From: Mytilus trossulus
Taxonomy: Eukaryota
NCBI RefSeq assembly: GCF_036588685.1
Contig: NC_086373.1
Span: 38,006,001 to 38,070,000, forward strand
Direction: 5' to 3'
DNA: 64,000 bases
The position numbers and the translations under genes were made by a program. Under the pieces are notes generated by a model. It saw nothing but the letters and a program-made list of their open reading frames with translations. It was not told where the DNA came from and did not search any database. Shown piece after piece: positions 49,183-61,819 of this stretch (its first letter is position 1; every line of letters starts with the position of its first letter).

Positions 49183-49919
49183 TCATGCTTTGATGATTTC
49201 CTATATAGTCAACAAAATGTTTCCCTACCCCTGGGTCTGTCTGCATGTTTATAGTTCTACGTTATAGTACTAATACTGGCTTTTTCCCCCTCCATTACTT
49301 CAAAGGTCCTAGATAGTTGGGGCAATATGCGCAATTGTTTCTCCATAGGCCGTAATGGTAACGTTTTCTTCTGTTGCTCAGCCAATATCGTAAACTTGTA
49401 CATGTATGATGGCTTGTTTCGAAGCTGAGACATTTTTACATATGTGGTTAAATTATCGGGGTACGAAGTGTGATTCATTTTTCCGTAATTTAGCAAACCC
49501 CGAATATCCTTTTGCGATGTGGCTCCTCATGGTAAAACATCCCGTTTTTAACACAATAAGTTCTTTGAAATTTTAATACTTTGAACACATTTAATAACTC
49601 CATGGTTTTTACACATTTATTCTGTGTTCCCTTACTTTCTAAATTAACACTAATGGTTCAGCTCAGTCATTTGTTTATCATAGAAATATGTCAAATATCA
49701 CTACACAGAGATTTTTTGTTCACAAGTGACTTTTGTGTTCCTCATTTCAAGGCGCATTAGGGGTATTGTCCCAGTTGCTTATCTGTTTATCGTACGTTCT
49801 ATCACTGGCTTTTTTACTGAGACTAGAGATTTCATGTTACAAACCTGACCTAAAAACACATGTCCTATTAGAACCTATAGTTTATATAGACTTTGCATGG
49901 TAATAAAGATTTATATATA

Positions 49920-50195
49920 TTTATCGCTATTTTGTGCATTTTTCCTTTGATCTTTTTTTGTGAAAATTTTCATATCATGCTTCTCGCTTGAGATGGAAAA
50001 ATTATCGTTAGAAACTAAGGAGACCACGTGGCGTTGCTAACGAAATTGACAAGAAATTGACAACGTCGTCATAGGTAAAATAGCGATAAACAGATTATCA
50101 TTGGTCATCTCAGCTCGATTGCTTTTCTCACTTTCGCTGTACCAGCTCAATCGAGAAAATTAATCTCGTTGAGATGATCAACGATAATCTATAAA
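49920..50195. repeat. Small foldback element
   Basis: TTTATCGCTATTT...AAATAGCGATAAA IR, plus hairpin AGATTATCATTGGTCATCTCA...TGAGATGATCAACGATAATCT. Confidence 0.55.
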
Positions 50196-51432
50196 TATTG
50201 ACCCTTTCTGGATCCAGGATGTCGTTTTTTGAATTTTGGGATGTCAGTATTTGATATTTTTTAATTTCCTCTTTTTAAGCTTGTTTACAAATAATAATGT
50301 CACGTGAAGGCGCACTGACGTCACAATTTGCATCAATCTTGCAATACACTACAGTTCAATCATACAGAACTCCATTATCGTGCAAACATGCAACGTGAAT
50401 GTGATTGGTTATCAAATAATACAGAAAGAATGCTAGAAGAAATTAGTTCATCAAATAGATTTTGACACGACTAGGTCGGGTTGACATTTCTGTCATCGGG
50501 GATAATAATTGAGATAAATAGGACTAAACTGACCGTCAAAAATGTCGAGAAGCACATGTATCTCGAGAACTATATAATTAATAAGCCATACTTACGACAA
50601 TTACTCTATGTTAATAAACCCTATGTACGTGAAATTTCGCAATGATAACGATCAAGAATTTTGATCATGATGGCGACGAAGCGCTAAAAATATACTTACT
50701 CCGGTTGCTTTACGTAATAAAATTTGTATAGAATTGAATTTGACTAAAGTTAAACATAAAAAAGTAAATATGCAGAAGCATGACAATATATTATTGATAA
50801 AGTGTGTATATATTTCTATAAACGAAGTTGTCTGTATACTTCACTAAGGATTAATAGTACATTTGAGCACAAGGAGATCTCTATTTGTGAATCGGTTTAT
50901 TAACCCCTTTGAACCCAGGGTCGAAGTTCAAGATGTTAACATATTAACGGAAATTTTTAGCGTTGCTTTTACCATTGAGGCCATCTATTTTTATTGCGGG
51001 GTTTCACCATTTCACATATTAAGATCGGAATTATAGAAAAAATGGAATGTTGTTAGCAGAATCCAAACAGAAAATGATGAACACTTGATTATTTTCAGCA
51101 ATACATCAACTGGATCGAGGTTCTATGTATTCACGTTATTTGTAAAACTCTCCTTATTCCTGTGAACCGTGTGCTTTACATCGAGGCTTGCTATGCTTTA
51201 CATCGAGGCTTGCTATACTTTACATCGACGCCACAGTACTTCATCCAATCAGGGAATGTTTATTTAGGGCATTCGACCTATTTTAACTCAGATTTTGGCA
51301 CATTTTAATCGAAATTATAGAAAAATGGAATATTGTTAGTACATATAAAATAGAAAAAGAGGAAAACTTTTAGCTAAAGATGATTTGGATGGGGGTTCTG
51401 TGTATTCACATTATTTGTACAACTCTCCTTAC

Positions 51433-53026
51433 TACGGGGCGCCGAATGGGACTCTTGTGGTTTTGTACAAAATTCAATTCTGTCATAACAAAATCATTTT
51501 TGTCTTACAAAACTATGTGCTACCGACTTGTTTTGTGAGAACTTCAATTTTGTGATGACAAAATTCATTTGTGTTGACAAAATTCATTTTTGTCATGACA
51601 AAATTCATTTTTGTAGACAAAATTCATATTTGTCATGACAAAAGTCAATTTTGTCTTAAAGGTATGCAAATATAAACATATTTGCATACAAAATTGACTT
51701 TTGTTACCTGATATGGAAATTAAATCACAAAAGTCAATTGTGTACGGTAAGATTCAATTTTGTGAGACAAAATTGACTTTTGTGAAACTAAATTGTTTTT
51801 TGTGAGACAAAATTGACTTTTGTGAGACAAAATTGACTTTTGTGAGACAAAATTGACTTTTGTGAGACAAAATTGACTTTTGTGAGACAAAATTCAATTT
51901 TGTCATTTTTGTTGAGACAAAATTCAATTTTGTCATATTTGTTGAGACAAAAGTCAATTTTGTTAATTTTGTTGAGACAAAAGTCAATTTTGTTAATTTT
52001 GTTGAGACAAAAGTCAATTTTGTTAATTTTGTTGAGACAAAAGTCAATTTTGTAAATTTTGTTGAGACAAAAGTCAATTTTGTTAATTTTGTTGAGACAA
52101 AAGTCAATTTTGTCAATTTTGTTGAGACAAAAGTCAATTTTGTCAATTTTGTTGAGACAAAAGTCAATTTTGTGACGACAAAATTCATTTTTGTGATGAC
52201 AAAATTCATTTTTGTGATGACAAAATTCAATTTTGTAACAACAAAATTTACTTTTATGAGACAAAATTGACTTTCGTGAGACAAAATTGACTTTCGTGAG
52301 ACAAAATTGACTTTCGTGAGACAAAAATCAATTTTGTTGAGACAAAATTCAATTTTGTTAATTTTGTTGTGACAAAATTCAATTTTGTTAATTTTGTTGT
52401 GAATTTTGTCAATTTTGTTGTGACAAAATTCAATTTTGTTGTGACAAAATTCAATTTTGTTAATTTTGTTGTGAATTTTGTCAATTTTGTTGAGACAAAA
52501 TTCAATTTTGTTAATTTTGTTGAGACAAAATTCAATTTTGTCAATTTTGTTGAGACAAAATTCAATTTTGTCAATTTTGTTGAGACAAAAGTCAATTTTG
52601 TCAATTTTGTCTCACAAAAGTCAATTTTGTGTAACAAAAGTCAATTTTGTGTAACAAAAGTCAATTTTGTGTAACAAAAGTCAATTTTGTGTAACAAAAG
52701 TCAATTTTGTGTAACAAAAGTCGATTTTGTATGCAAATTAGTTCACAGAAACCAAACTAAACTAATTTAAATACAAAATTGACTTTTGTCGCTCAATTTT
52801 CAAATTAGGTAACAAAAGTCAAGTCTGTGTAACAAAAATGAATTTTGTCATGACAAAAGTGACTTTTGTCCGCTGATAGATAATTTTGTATGACAAAATT
52901 TCAAATTTGTAGTATGATACAAATTTTGTTAAACTGAACTCATTTTTGTTGAACAAAAGTCACTTTTGTCCGTACAAAATTGAATTTTGAGTACAAAACC
53001 ACAAGAGTCCCATTCGGCGCCCCGTA
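51433..53026. mobile_element. TIR element with 5-bp TSD carrying a 21/30-bp minisatellite
   Basis: CTTAC|TACGGGGCGCCGAATGGGACTCTTGTGGTTTTGTAC...GTACAAAACCACAAGAGTCCCATTCGGCGCCCCGTA|CTTAC; interior built from ACAAAA(G/T)TCAATTTTGT units. Confidence 0.9.
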
Positions 53027-54449
53027 CTTACTGATACCATATTTTGGAATTTCCGTGACCTAAATGGTTCGCGAAAATTAATATTTTTATATATATATAT
53101 ATAGTATAATTACTAGAGAACATTCTGATTCCAGTGATATCTAGTGTCTATAAAAAAAGATTGCAAATGAGACAACTTTCCAACAAAGTTCAAATGAAAT
53201 GGATGTAAGCAATTAAAGACAACCTTACAGCCTAAACTATGATTAAACCTATATCTACATGAAAGTATGAACTTGAACAGGTCCATTGAGAAAACTAAGT
53301 TCATATATTATAACGAAATAAATTGCGATAAACAAATTTGACAAACATTCTACGATATGCTCTAACTTAGCGGGAGCTTGACAAGTAAAAGTGCATGTCC
53401 ATAAGTTCAATAGAGAGAAACGAATATGTAAATATTTTAGGCTTTGATTAATCGATAGCCTTACATGTATGGGAGTTTGTTCGCTTCCAATTACTTTGCT
53501 ACAAGAAAATGCTTTACTTTGTTGAGACGTAGTGACCATGGATTAGAAATAGAAAAAGACCGCTATGATATATCCTAGAAAGGATAGAATATATCTCAAA
53601 TATGCCACATGCAAGATGGAGGGTGAAAAACACTTCCTCCCTGAATGTGAATTAACAAAAAAATTATCTATTTGATTTTTTTTACCTTCTCGTTATTTAT
53701 GTCTCTTACTCAAGAACAAAAAGTGCATGACAAGATAGACTCCTGTACAATGTATATATAATAAATCCCCTTTATAAAACAGTCAGGGCAGAATTCTTTC
53801 AAAAAAATTCCAGGTGTTCATTTCAATAGTATTGTTATCTGTTAGTAATATTAATTTTGCTTTGGTTTTCTTTGTCACAAACTATTATGTTGATATGACA
53901 ATAAAGATTTTTATTGGATAGATTTCGTTTATATTTTAGCACTAGCGGAGTATTTACATACTTACATCTCTTTTCAAACCTATGTACCGGTGTATTTGTT
54001 AAAACGTATTCCCCTATATTGTCATCAACGAGGACGCTTCAGTTTGTTCTGTTAAAGAAGAATTTCAGTTTTGGAAAGACATTTAAATTCCTTCTTTTAG
54101 AGGTTCAGACCGTGTTCATTCTTTTTCTGTGTGTCTATACCACAAGGATAAAAAGTTGTATGAATGCAAAGATCTTGACATCATATACAGGAATGAACGT
54201 TGTTTATTAAAAAAAAGAAATATCATTTAGTTACAAAAAGTAATGCAATATTGAGAAAGGAAATGTTGAGGGCGTTAGCGCGAATGGGTGACCAAGATAT
54301 CAGTGTCAATGCAGGATTACCATGATTACAGTTTTCAATAATTTAGGAGGGGATCTTTCAGCGATTTTATCATTTGTTATTGGGTTGCATGATTAAAATA
54401 GGGTATCCAACTTTATTGTACAACATCTTGATGTAAATAAGAATACGCA

Positions 54450-54645
54450 CATCCGGGTGCAGGAGTTTCTCGCTGCATTGAAACCTGAACTTGTAACAAA
54501 TTTGTTTAGGGGCCAGCTGAAGGACTCCTCCGGGTGCAGGAGTTTCTCCCTGCATTGAAGACCCATTGGTGGCCTTCGACTGTTTTCTGTTCTATGGTCG
54601 GGTTGTTGTCTCTTTGAAACATTCCCCATTTCAATTCTCAATTTT
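54450..54645 (+). repeat. Dispersed repeat fragment (SINE-like) with internal 30-bp duplication
   Basis: CCGGGTGCAGGAGTTTCTC.CTGCATTGAA occurs twice, followed by a GT/CT-rich tail. Resembles an abundant mussel repeat (recalled, unverified). Confidence 0.45.
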
Positions 54646-54910
54646 ACTTGGAGAATGATGCATGTGTGACAGCGATATTTGTTCATGTATTTCTTATGTT
54701 AAATTAGAATTGTAACTGCTTTTCTGTAAACTCGTAACTTTTATCAGGTTCTAGACTCACATGTATGTGCCTGTCTGTGCCTGTCACATGAATTAGAATT
54801 ATGTACTTTTAATCCGTTTGTCACTTATTATATACAACCGATATCTTATCATTAGCACTTTTGTTAGTTTTTAGTTTCTTCATGCGTGTAATATTAGGTA
54901 ATTATGTTAT

Positions 54911-55141
54911 AGATAATGCATATTTGAAGGTTTTTCTTGTCGTAGAACACACCGAGGGGTGTCAGGATTGATCAAATGAAAGACCGACCGGAGGGAGGTC
55001 TTTCTTTGAACAATCCTGACACCCCAGACACGTCAGGATTGATCAAATGAAAGACCGACCGGAGGGAGGTCTTTCTTTGAACAATCCTGACACCCCAAGG
55101 TGTGTTCTACGACAAGAAAAACCTTCAAATATGCATTATCT
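54911..55141. repeat. Long palindrome with duplicated 71-bp hairpin head
   Basis: Perfect 43-bp arms AGATAATGCATATTTGAAGGTTTTTCTTGTCGTAGAACACACC enclose two copies of a self-complementary unit (54961 and 55032). Confidence 0.9.
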
Positions 55142-56805
55142 GACTTATATACCGTCAAAAAAAATTAATTGTATAAAGATTTGTAAAATTTAGTATCCTA
55201 TTTTACCAACAACACTAAAGTGGGATATTCCTTTCTAATGCGTTCAGGTTTTAATACGCCCTGCGGCTCATTTAAAATGTGAAATAAAACTCACTAAATA
55301 ATCAAGATATAAACCTTTTAAAAATTGTTATCCATGCACAATAAAAATATCACTGTAACTGCATGAAGTAAGACACAAATGTATTGTTACCATCCGATAA
55401 CGGTGTATGAAAAATACAAGACACATTGTAAGTTATTTATTCACGGTATCAATTAGCTTATCGAAAAGGGGGAGGGGTATGTTTTTTTTTCTATTTGTTC
55501 TGTTATTTTTATCGCGGATGAAAATGGTTATTTTTTTAACAATTTTACTTGAATCGAATGAAAAATTCAGAAAGATTGTCATTTGAATAGCAATACATTT
55601 TATCAAAAAGATAATCAGGATATAATTATATACTCTCCACACTCGACCCTTTTGTGAGTTACTTTTGTGTTATTCAATAGAATATAAGATTATCTAATTA
55701 GTTAATCATTTGATAGAGTAAAAGTTATACAAAAATTTTAAAAAGTTAAGAACTGACACGAACACGAATATAAATACATGTAGGTCACAGTATGAATTCC
55801 TATTCAGTGTGTATCGTTCTGAACATGCATGAAATATTTGCCACTGGACGTAAAGCAAGCAACCAAAAATCAATCAACCTATTCATTTTGACTCAATAAG
55901 ATTTTCAAAATCTTACACACGAATATGTTAAATCTGGATTTATTTTATGAAAGTCTACATTAAAATTCATCTGACATATATGATAATGTTTCTTTATTGT
56001 AGCGATAAAGCAACAAAACTTCACGTTATTTGTTTCTAAAATTAAATTGCGGGACTACTAAAAATAAATTTCCAAATCGGCAATAAAAAACTATTACACG
56101 AATAAAATTTTTAAGTAAATCATAGATTGCATGTTTATCAAGGAAAATAATGACCTTACACAAGTCATTATTTTATGCCTTGGAGCATATACCATTGAAA
56201 CATGGTATCGTCCGGGTTGATTCTGAAAAAGAATGACCTGACGTTCTGAAAGAAAATAACTCCATATAGGTATATAAAGTTTTATAGTTTGTAATCCGGC
56301 GATCTAACTTAAAGATACGCTACACCATAGATCTATGGCTACCATGACATAAGAATGTTTACGACAATCCGTGATAAACCTTGTATATTGTATTTGTACG
56401 TGTATTTCAAAGTATGGTTCATACCGTTATATCATCCTAATTGTTGATAATAAGAAATTCGATGGATTCTTATTGACCAAGATTGTTTCATTCTCTTTAT
56501 ACCACAAAAAAAAAAGTTTCTGATATTGCAGAGTTGTCAAACATCGTTGATATATGTATAAACACATGAAACAATTGAGTTCTACGTCAATGTACAGTTT
56601 CAAAGGCATACACAAATCTCTTAACTTTCCTATTGGATGTTTACCACTTATGATTTTCTAAATCCGATTTAAGTGTATTTGATTTTTTTAGAAACCAACT
56701 CAATCAGGATCCGTTTTTGAATTATATAATCAAGGTATGATCTACATGAGAAAAAGAAGTAAAATATTAAAGTTTTTTTTTTGCTTGATAGTGTTCTGAA
56801 TAGCT

Positions 56806-57038
56806 GAGGGTCTGGATGGAGGATCCTAGTACATAATAGAGAATAATAGAAGAAAGAAGAATGAATGGTAACAAATTAAATTTAGAAAAGAAAAAAATAG
56901 GTTACAAAAAAAAAAGAAAATAGAGAATAATGGAATGCTAACATATAAAGAATAGAGAGTAAAGGGCAAAAATTATTAAAAAAAAATAGGGAAAAATAAA
57001 ATAAAACAAAAAGGAATGACCCTCAATCAAAACCCTCA
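56806..57038. mobile_element. Possible small degenerate MITE with A-rich interior
   Basis: Imperfect IR TGAGGGTCTGGATGGAGGATC ... GACCCTCAATCAAAACCCTCA. Confidence 0.35.
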
Positions 57039-57845
57039 TAGTTAATGCCGAGTCCATAAGAAAATAACAATTCGTCTAAAGGCTTTTCTTGTATTTGACA
57101 AAGATGTAAAAGAACCGAAACACTTACAGTGGTATATAACTAATACAGAGGAAATAAAAATAACAGTCAAATCCATCTATAAAGGTCAAATTTGCCTGGC
57201 GGAGTTGAAACATATATATTATACATTTGATACTTTTAGAATATATTTAACTATGTAAAATACAAAACGATGTTATTTGATTTTGGCAAATTTATCTAAA
57301 AGTATACTTGTTTTAAGTTGTTTTTTTAAGGTCATACGAAATCGTCATAAAATAAAATATTAATTTGTAATCCATTTTACTGTTAAATAATCCAGTTAAA
57401 CCTTAATCCAGGAGAATGGATATTTAAAGGTATATAATATACGCGTAACATACTTTTGAATTGGTTACTTAATTTCCCCTGTATAGAAATATGTGTACTT
57501 AAAACCATTTAAAACCCGCGAGCGAAATAAATTACTTGAAGACAAACAGTCATTGCCAAATTTTAAACGGGTGTTCAATAGGACTATTATCAAAATAGAA
57601 TTACTCAGAGTCTTTTTAAACCGAATTCAATGATTAAAAGTTGAAGTTCTTCAATTTTGGTGTATACATTTTTAATGACACCTATGAATGGATAAAGGAG
57701 TATTTATTATGTGAACGTGACGTCGAAGATACAGTTTATTATACAGTGATTTACATTTATACCTTCTCGTTCGTTTTTTGGAGAATAAGTTACTGTGGCA
57801 GACCGGTGGCCGCTTACCGGAAGAAAAAGAAAAAATTGTTGAACA

Positions 57846-59291
57846 ATGCATGTGATCAGCCAAACCCAAACACATCAGCCAAGGGGTTCAATTGCAGTAC
57901 CAGGGCGAGACGGGTATCTCTCGCCGGATTACCATCACCATTCGCCACATTCGCCGCATTTTTTGCGAAAACATCGCCGGAATGCTTCATGTGATTCCAG
58001 ACGGTCCGAACTGATTCCTGAAAGAAGTGAGCCTGATACTGACCACGAATCTGTTTGTTTGATAGAAAAGCCAGAGTTCCTGGAAACTGCAAGCTTAACT
58101 GATGGTCATAATTGCAAACAAGAAGAATGCGAAAGGATAATTATCAATGTCAGTGGTCTCAAGTTTGAAACACAACTTCGAACACTCAATAGACTTCCGA
58201 ACACCCTTCTAGGAGATAAATTTAAAAGAGAATATTACTGGGATGCTAAGCGGAAGGAATTTTTCTTTGATCGACATCGACCAAGTTTCCCCGCTATTTT
58301 GTATTTTTATCAAAGTGGTGGAAGGCTTTTAAGACCTATTGAAGTTCCAACTGATGTTTTTCTTACCGAGTTGCAGTTTTTCGAACTTGGGGCCACTGTT
58401 ATAACTGCTTATAAGGAATCTGAAGGTTTTTTAATTGAAGATACTGGACACGAAATAATGCCAAAAAATCCTCTTCAAAGAAAGATCTGGGAGCTTTTTG
58501 AATACCCAACGAGCTCAATACTTGCTAAAATTTTTGCATTGTTATCCGTCATTTTTATAGTTGTTTCTGTTGTCAATTTTTGTGTGGAAACTTTACCTCA
58601 GTATGCAAATATGGGATGTACAAATGTTACACAGATTCATCCTGGAAATGTAACCTCTCGTAAAGAAGTTCCTGTCTTTGTGCAGCCCCTTTTTATCATA
58701 GAAGCAACATGCATGTCGTGGTTCATTATAGAGTTAATATTTAGAGTCATCAGTTGTCCTTCTAAAGTACTTTTTATAAAAAATTTCGTCAACTGGATTG
58801 ATATAGTTTCAATCATGCCGTTTGTTGTATCGTTAGCCATGCTGTTTATAACTGGAGAATGCGAGGGATCGTCGAAAACTGGTGCTATATCGGTTCTTAG
58901 GGTTCTGAGAGTTGCAAGGATACTAAAATTGAGCAAGCATTCTGAAGGACTCCAACTTCTAGGTAAAACTTTAAGAGACAGTGTACAAGAACTTATGATG
59001 TTCGTTCTTTTCCTTGGAATAGGAATTGTTATATTTTCAGGTGCTATTTTCTATGCAGAACTATCTCAAGAAAACACGCACTTTACTAGCATTCCCGGGT
59101 CGTTTTGGTGGGCAGTTGTAACCATGACAACTGTCGGGTACGGAGATATGTATCCGGTTGGCATATTTGGAAAGATTATTGGCACTTTGGCAGTTTTGTG
59201 TGGATTGCTGTCAATTGCATTACCAGTACCTGTAATCGTTACAAATTTTAGTAACTATTACCGAGCATCTACGGGTAGAGGTGGCTTTTGA
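57846..59291 (+). CDS. KCNA: Voltage-gated potassium channel, Shaker/Kv1 subfamily (single coding exon, 481 aa)
   Basis: T1 domain (IINVSGLKFETQLRTL...FFDRHRPSF.AILYFYQSGGRL.RP), IWELFEYP, S1-S6, S4 RVLRVARILKLSKHS, FWWAVVTMTTVGYGDMYP filter, PVPVIV hinge. Confidence 0.97.
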   Translation: MHVISQTQTHQPRGSIAVPGRDGYLSPDYHHHSPHSPHFLRKHRRNASCDSRRSELIPERSEPDTDHESVCLIEKPEFLETASLTDGHNCKQEECERIIINVSGLKFETQLRTLNRLPNTLLGDKFKREYYWDAKRKEFFFDRHRPSFPAILYFYQSGGRLLRPIEVPTDVFLTELQFFELGATVITAYKESEGFLIEDTGHEIMPKNPLQRKIWELFEYPTSSILAKIFALLSVIFIVVSVVNFCVETLPQYANMGCTNVTQIHPGNVTSRKEVPVFVQPLFIIEATCMSWFIIELIFRVISCPSKVLFIKNFVNWIDIVSIMPFVVSLAMLFITGECEGSSKTGAISVLRVLRVARILKLSKHSEGLQLLGKTLRDSVQELMMFVLFLGIGIVIFSGAIFYAELSQENTHFTSIPGSFWWAVVTMTTVGYGDMYPVGIFGKIIGTLAVLCGLLSIALPVPVIVTNFSNYYRASTGRGGF

Positions 59292-60259
59292 TATTTGAAA
59301 GTGTCAAACAGAAATGTCTGTCAATGTATACACTTAAAATGGTATAATGCATTTAAATTCTTATATTGAGATTCATTTATTGTTTATTTTGACAAATGAA
59401 AACTGAACGAAAACATTTATATCTAAGAAAGTACAATCGAAGTAAGGAAACTTTGATATGCATTAGAATAAAATCGAAATCATTTTAGGTAATATATTCT
59501 GGTTTACCAAACAAGCAGCAAACTTATTTTAATTCATGTTGGATCAGGCATTCATTATGCAAGATTAATATTTCAGTATATTTAACTTAGCTGGGTTACC
59601 ATTTTAATTTCTACGGATTATTTTGTTATAATTAGTCTACTTCAACATTATTCTAATCCTGCCATTTCTTAGTGGAAGTTTCAAAAACATTGCGTCACAT
59701 GGTTACTATTGTTCGACATTATTTGCTAAAGGATATTTAAGTTTTAATAAAGGTTTTCCTTGTCAAAAACTTTGTATAATACCATGCAGTGTAATATAAT
59801 GTCGTCTTATTTGTGTGCTTCAATTATTACATACACACATAATGTCTTGTACAATAGTGTTTACGTAAATGGAAATGTACATTCGTTTCACACGAATTGT
59901 AAAAAGAAAAACTCATCAAATTTTGTATTGTGTTTAAGTTATGAATGATTCTCGTGTATTTTCATTAAAGATTTCAGATATTAAACACATTATTTAAACA
60001 CTTCTGGCAATTTTACAATATAGTATATTTAGGACTATTGTCATGTAAAACTTTTTATAACTATAGCCGTACATGTTATATACTTACATTTGGATAAAAG
60101 TAGATGTATGGATTTGATGTATCATATGTTGTAAATGTATATATTATAAATGCAATTCAAATCTATAAATGTTGCTGGATTGCGAATTACCAATTAGTAT
60201 TAAATAAATTTTCAGGTTAAAGTTTTATAATTATTTTCGTTATTTTTGTTCTGTTTTAA

Positions 60260-60837
60260 AGGAGTAGGTCCGGTAAGGACTCATTTTGGCCTCAAATTTC
60301 AGTTTCATCTGACGAAAGATTTTGACCACTTTTTAAACACTTAAGTGTCTATTTTACTTGATTCTTTATGTTAAAAATTTTAACTGATTTAGTCATTAAA
60401 AACGATCCGATTCAAGCTCAAAAATGAAAAATCTCGCAGGCAATTATGCCAAAAACGTCACTTTTCCGATGGTTTTTGTCAAAAATGAAAGTGGCCGCAT
60501 CCGTGTTCATCCACAACCTTTATATATGTTATGTATTCTCATAAAATACAACTTACATTTCAATATTAAGGATGAACACGAATGCGGCCCCTTTCGTTTT
60601 ACACGGAAAACGTCTAAAATTTAACTAAAATGGTAGAATTTTGAAGATTTCAGTAATTTAGCATGACTTAATGGTGCTACAACCCGATATATTTGCATTG
60701 TATTGTCAAAAAACAGCCCATATTTATGTAGCAGAAGCATTCAACTGTCCATTAAATAACTAAAAGTTTACGTTTTAACATTTTTGTAAAACTGTTATAT
60801 TTTGGGGCCAAAAAGGGGTCTTACCGGACCTACTACT
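60260..60837. mobile_element. Kolobok-like MITE
   Basis: TTAA|AGGAGTAGGTCCGGTAAG...CTTACCGGACCTACTACT TIRs (right TSD degenerate); internal IR GGCCGCAT.CGTGTTCATCC/GGATGAACACG.ATGCGGCC. Confidence 0.75.
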
Positions 60838-61819
60838 TTCCATTCCGTGTCATTTGCTAGAGCTAGATAGTATCAACAGAGATACGTCAAAATTTGGCTT
60901 ACAACATGTTACTACATAGTAAATGTACTGTGTGAACAGTCAATAGTTGAATTTAGAGAGGTTTTGTGAGATGCTGTTAAAAAAACCGAAGTGTAAGCTC
61001 CAAAATGTGTCAAGATAGTCTCATAAGATAATGAAAGTACTGAATGTTTACTCAGATGGTTCAAATATCTAATGAATGTTAAAGAGTTATATGCAAAAGA
61101 CCAATTATGGTCGAATATTATCAAGCTTCAGAAAAAAAAATGTGTCGCATGAATATAAAAACAAGGATATGAGGTATGATTAACAATGAGACAACAACGA
61201 CCAATGATCAAGTTAAACATAAGAGTTATATAATATATGAAAGACGAATAAAAGTCGAATATTATCAAGCTTTAGATTATAATATATCTGATGAATATAG
61301 AAACAAGGATATGATGTATGATTAACAATGAGACAACTAGCTACCAAAGATCAAATATTTGACGGATGCACAAGCAATTATAGGTCACTCTACGGCTTTC
61401 AGCAATGAGAAAAAACCATATAGTATAGTCAGCTATAAAGGGCACCTTCATGAAATATGTGTTAAAAACATTTCAACCGAAAGAAAACAACTGTTTAATT
61501 CATAACAATACAATTAACAAAAAAAAAAAATGTGACAGACATGAACCACGACATCCACTGAATGACAGACTTACTCGGGACAGGTACATAAAGAATAAGG
61601 AAGTTTCAAACATGTTTGTAAGCGGTCAGCTCTCCTCTAACCTAGGACAGTGGTGTATAAATAGCACGACATAAGAACAAAATGTTAAAATCCGTTGCAA
61701 ATTGATCAAAAGATTGATTCGACGCACAAATGCATCTAAAATGAAAACACTTAAATTATATTGCCGATACAAGAGTACTCGCAGGTACTGAAAGCTAGTT
61801 GAAACCCAATAACAACAAC

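Noticed and set aside
48143-49246. 367-aa His/Ser/Thr-rich ORF
   Set aside because: Translation of the 38-bp minisatellite; cycles through frames with the repeat.
51754-52674. Several repetitive ORFs (TKLTFVS, KIDFCLN)
   Set aside because: Artefacts of 21/30-bp repeats, open on both strands.
51480-52980. CRISPR-like array
   Set aside because: Eukaryotic context, no unique spacers, no cas genes; repeats are contiguous inside TIRs.
61285-61325. Second hammerhead-like motif CTGATGA-ATATA-GAAA
   Set aside because: No convincing stem I or II, and the neighbouring repeat copy (~61145) lacks the core.
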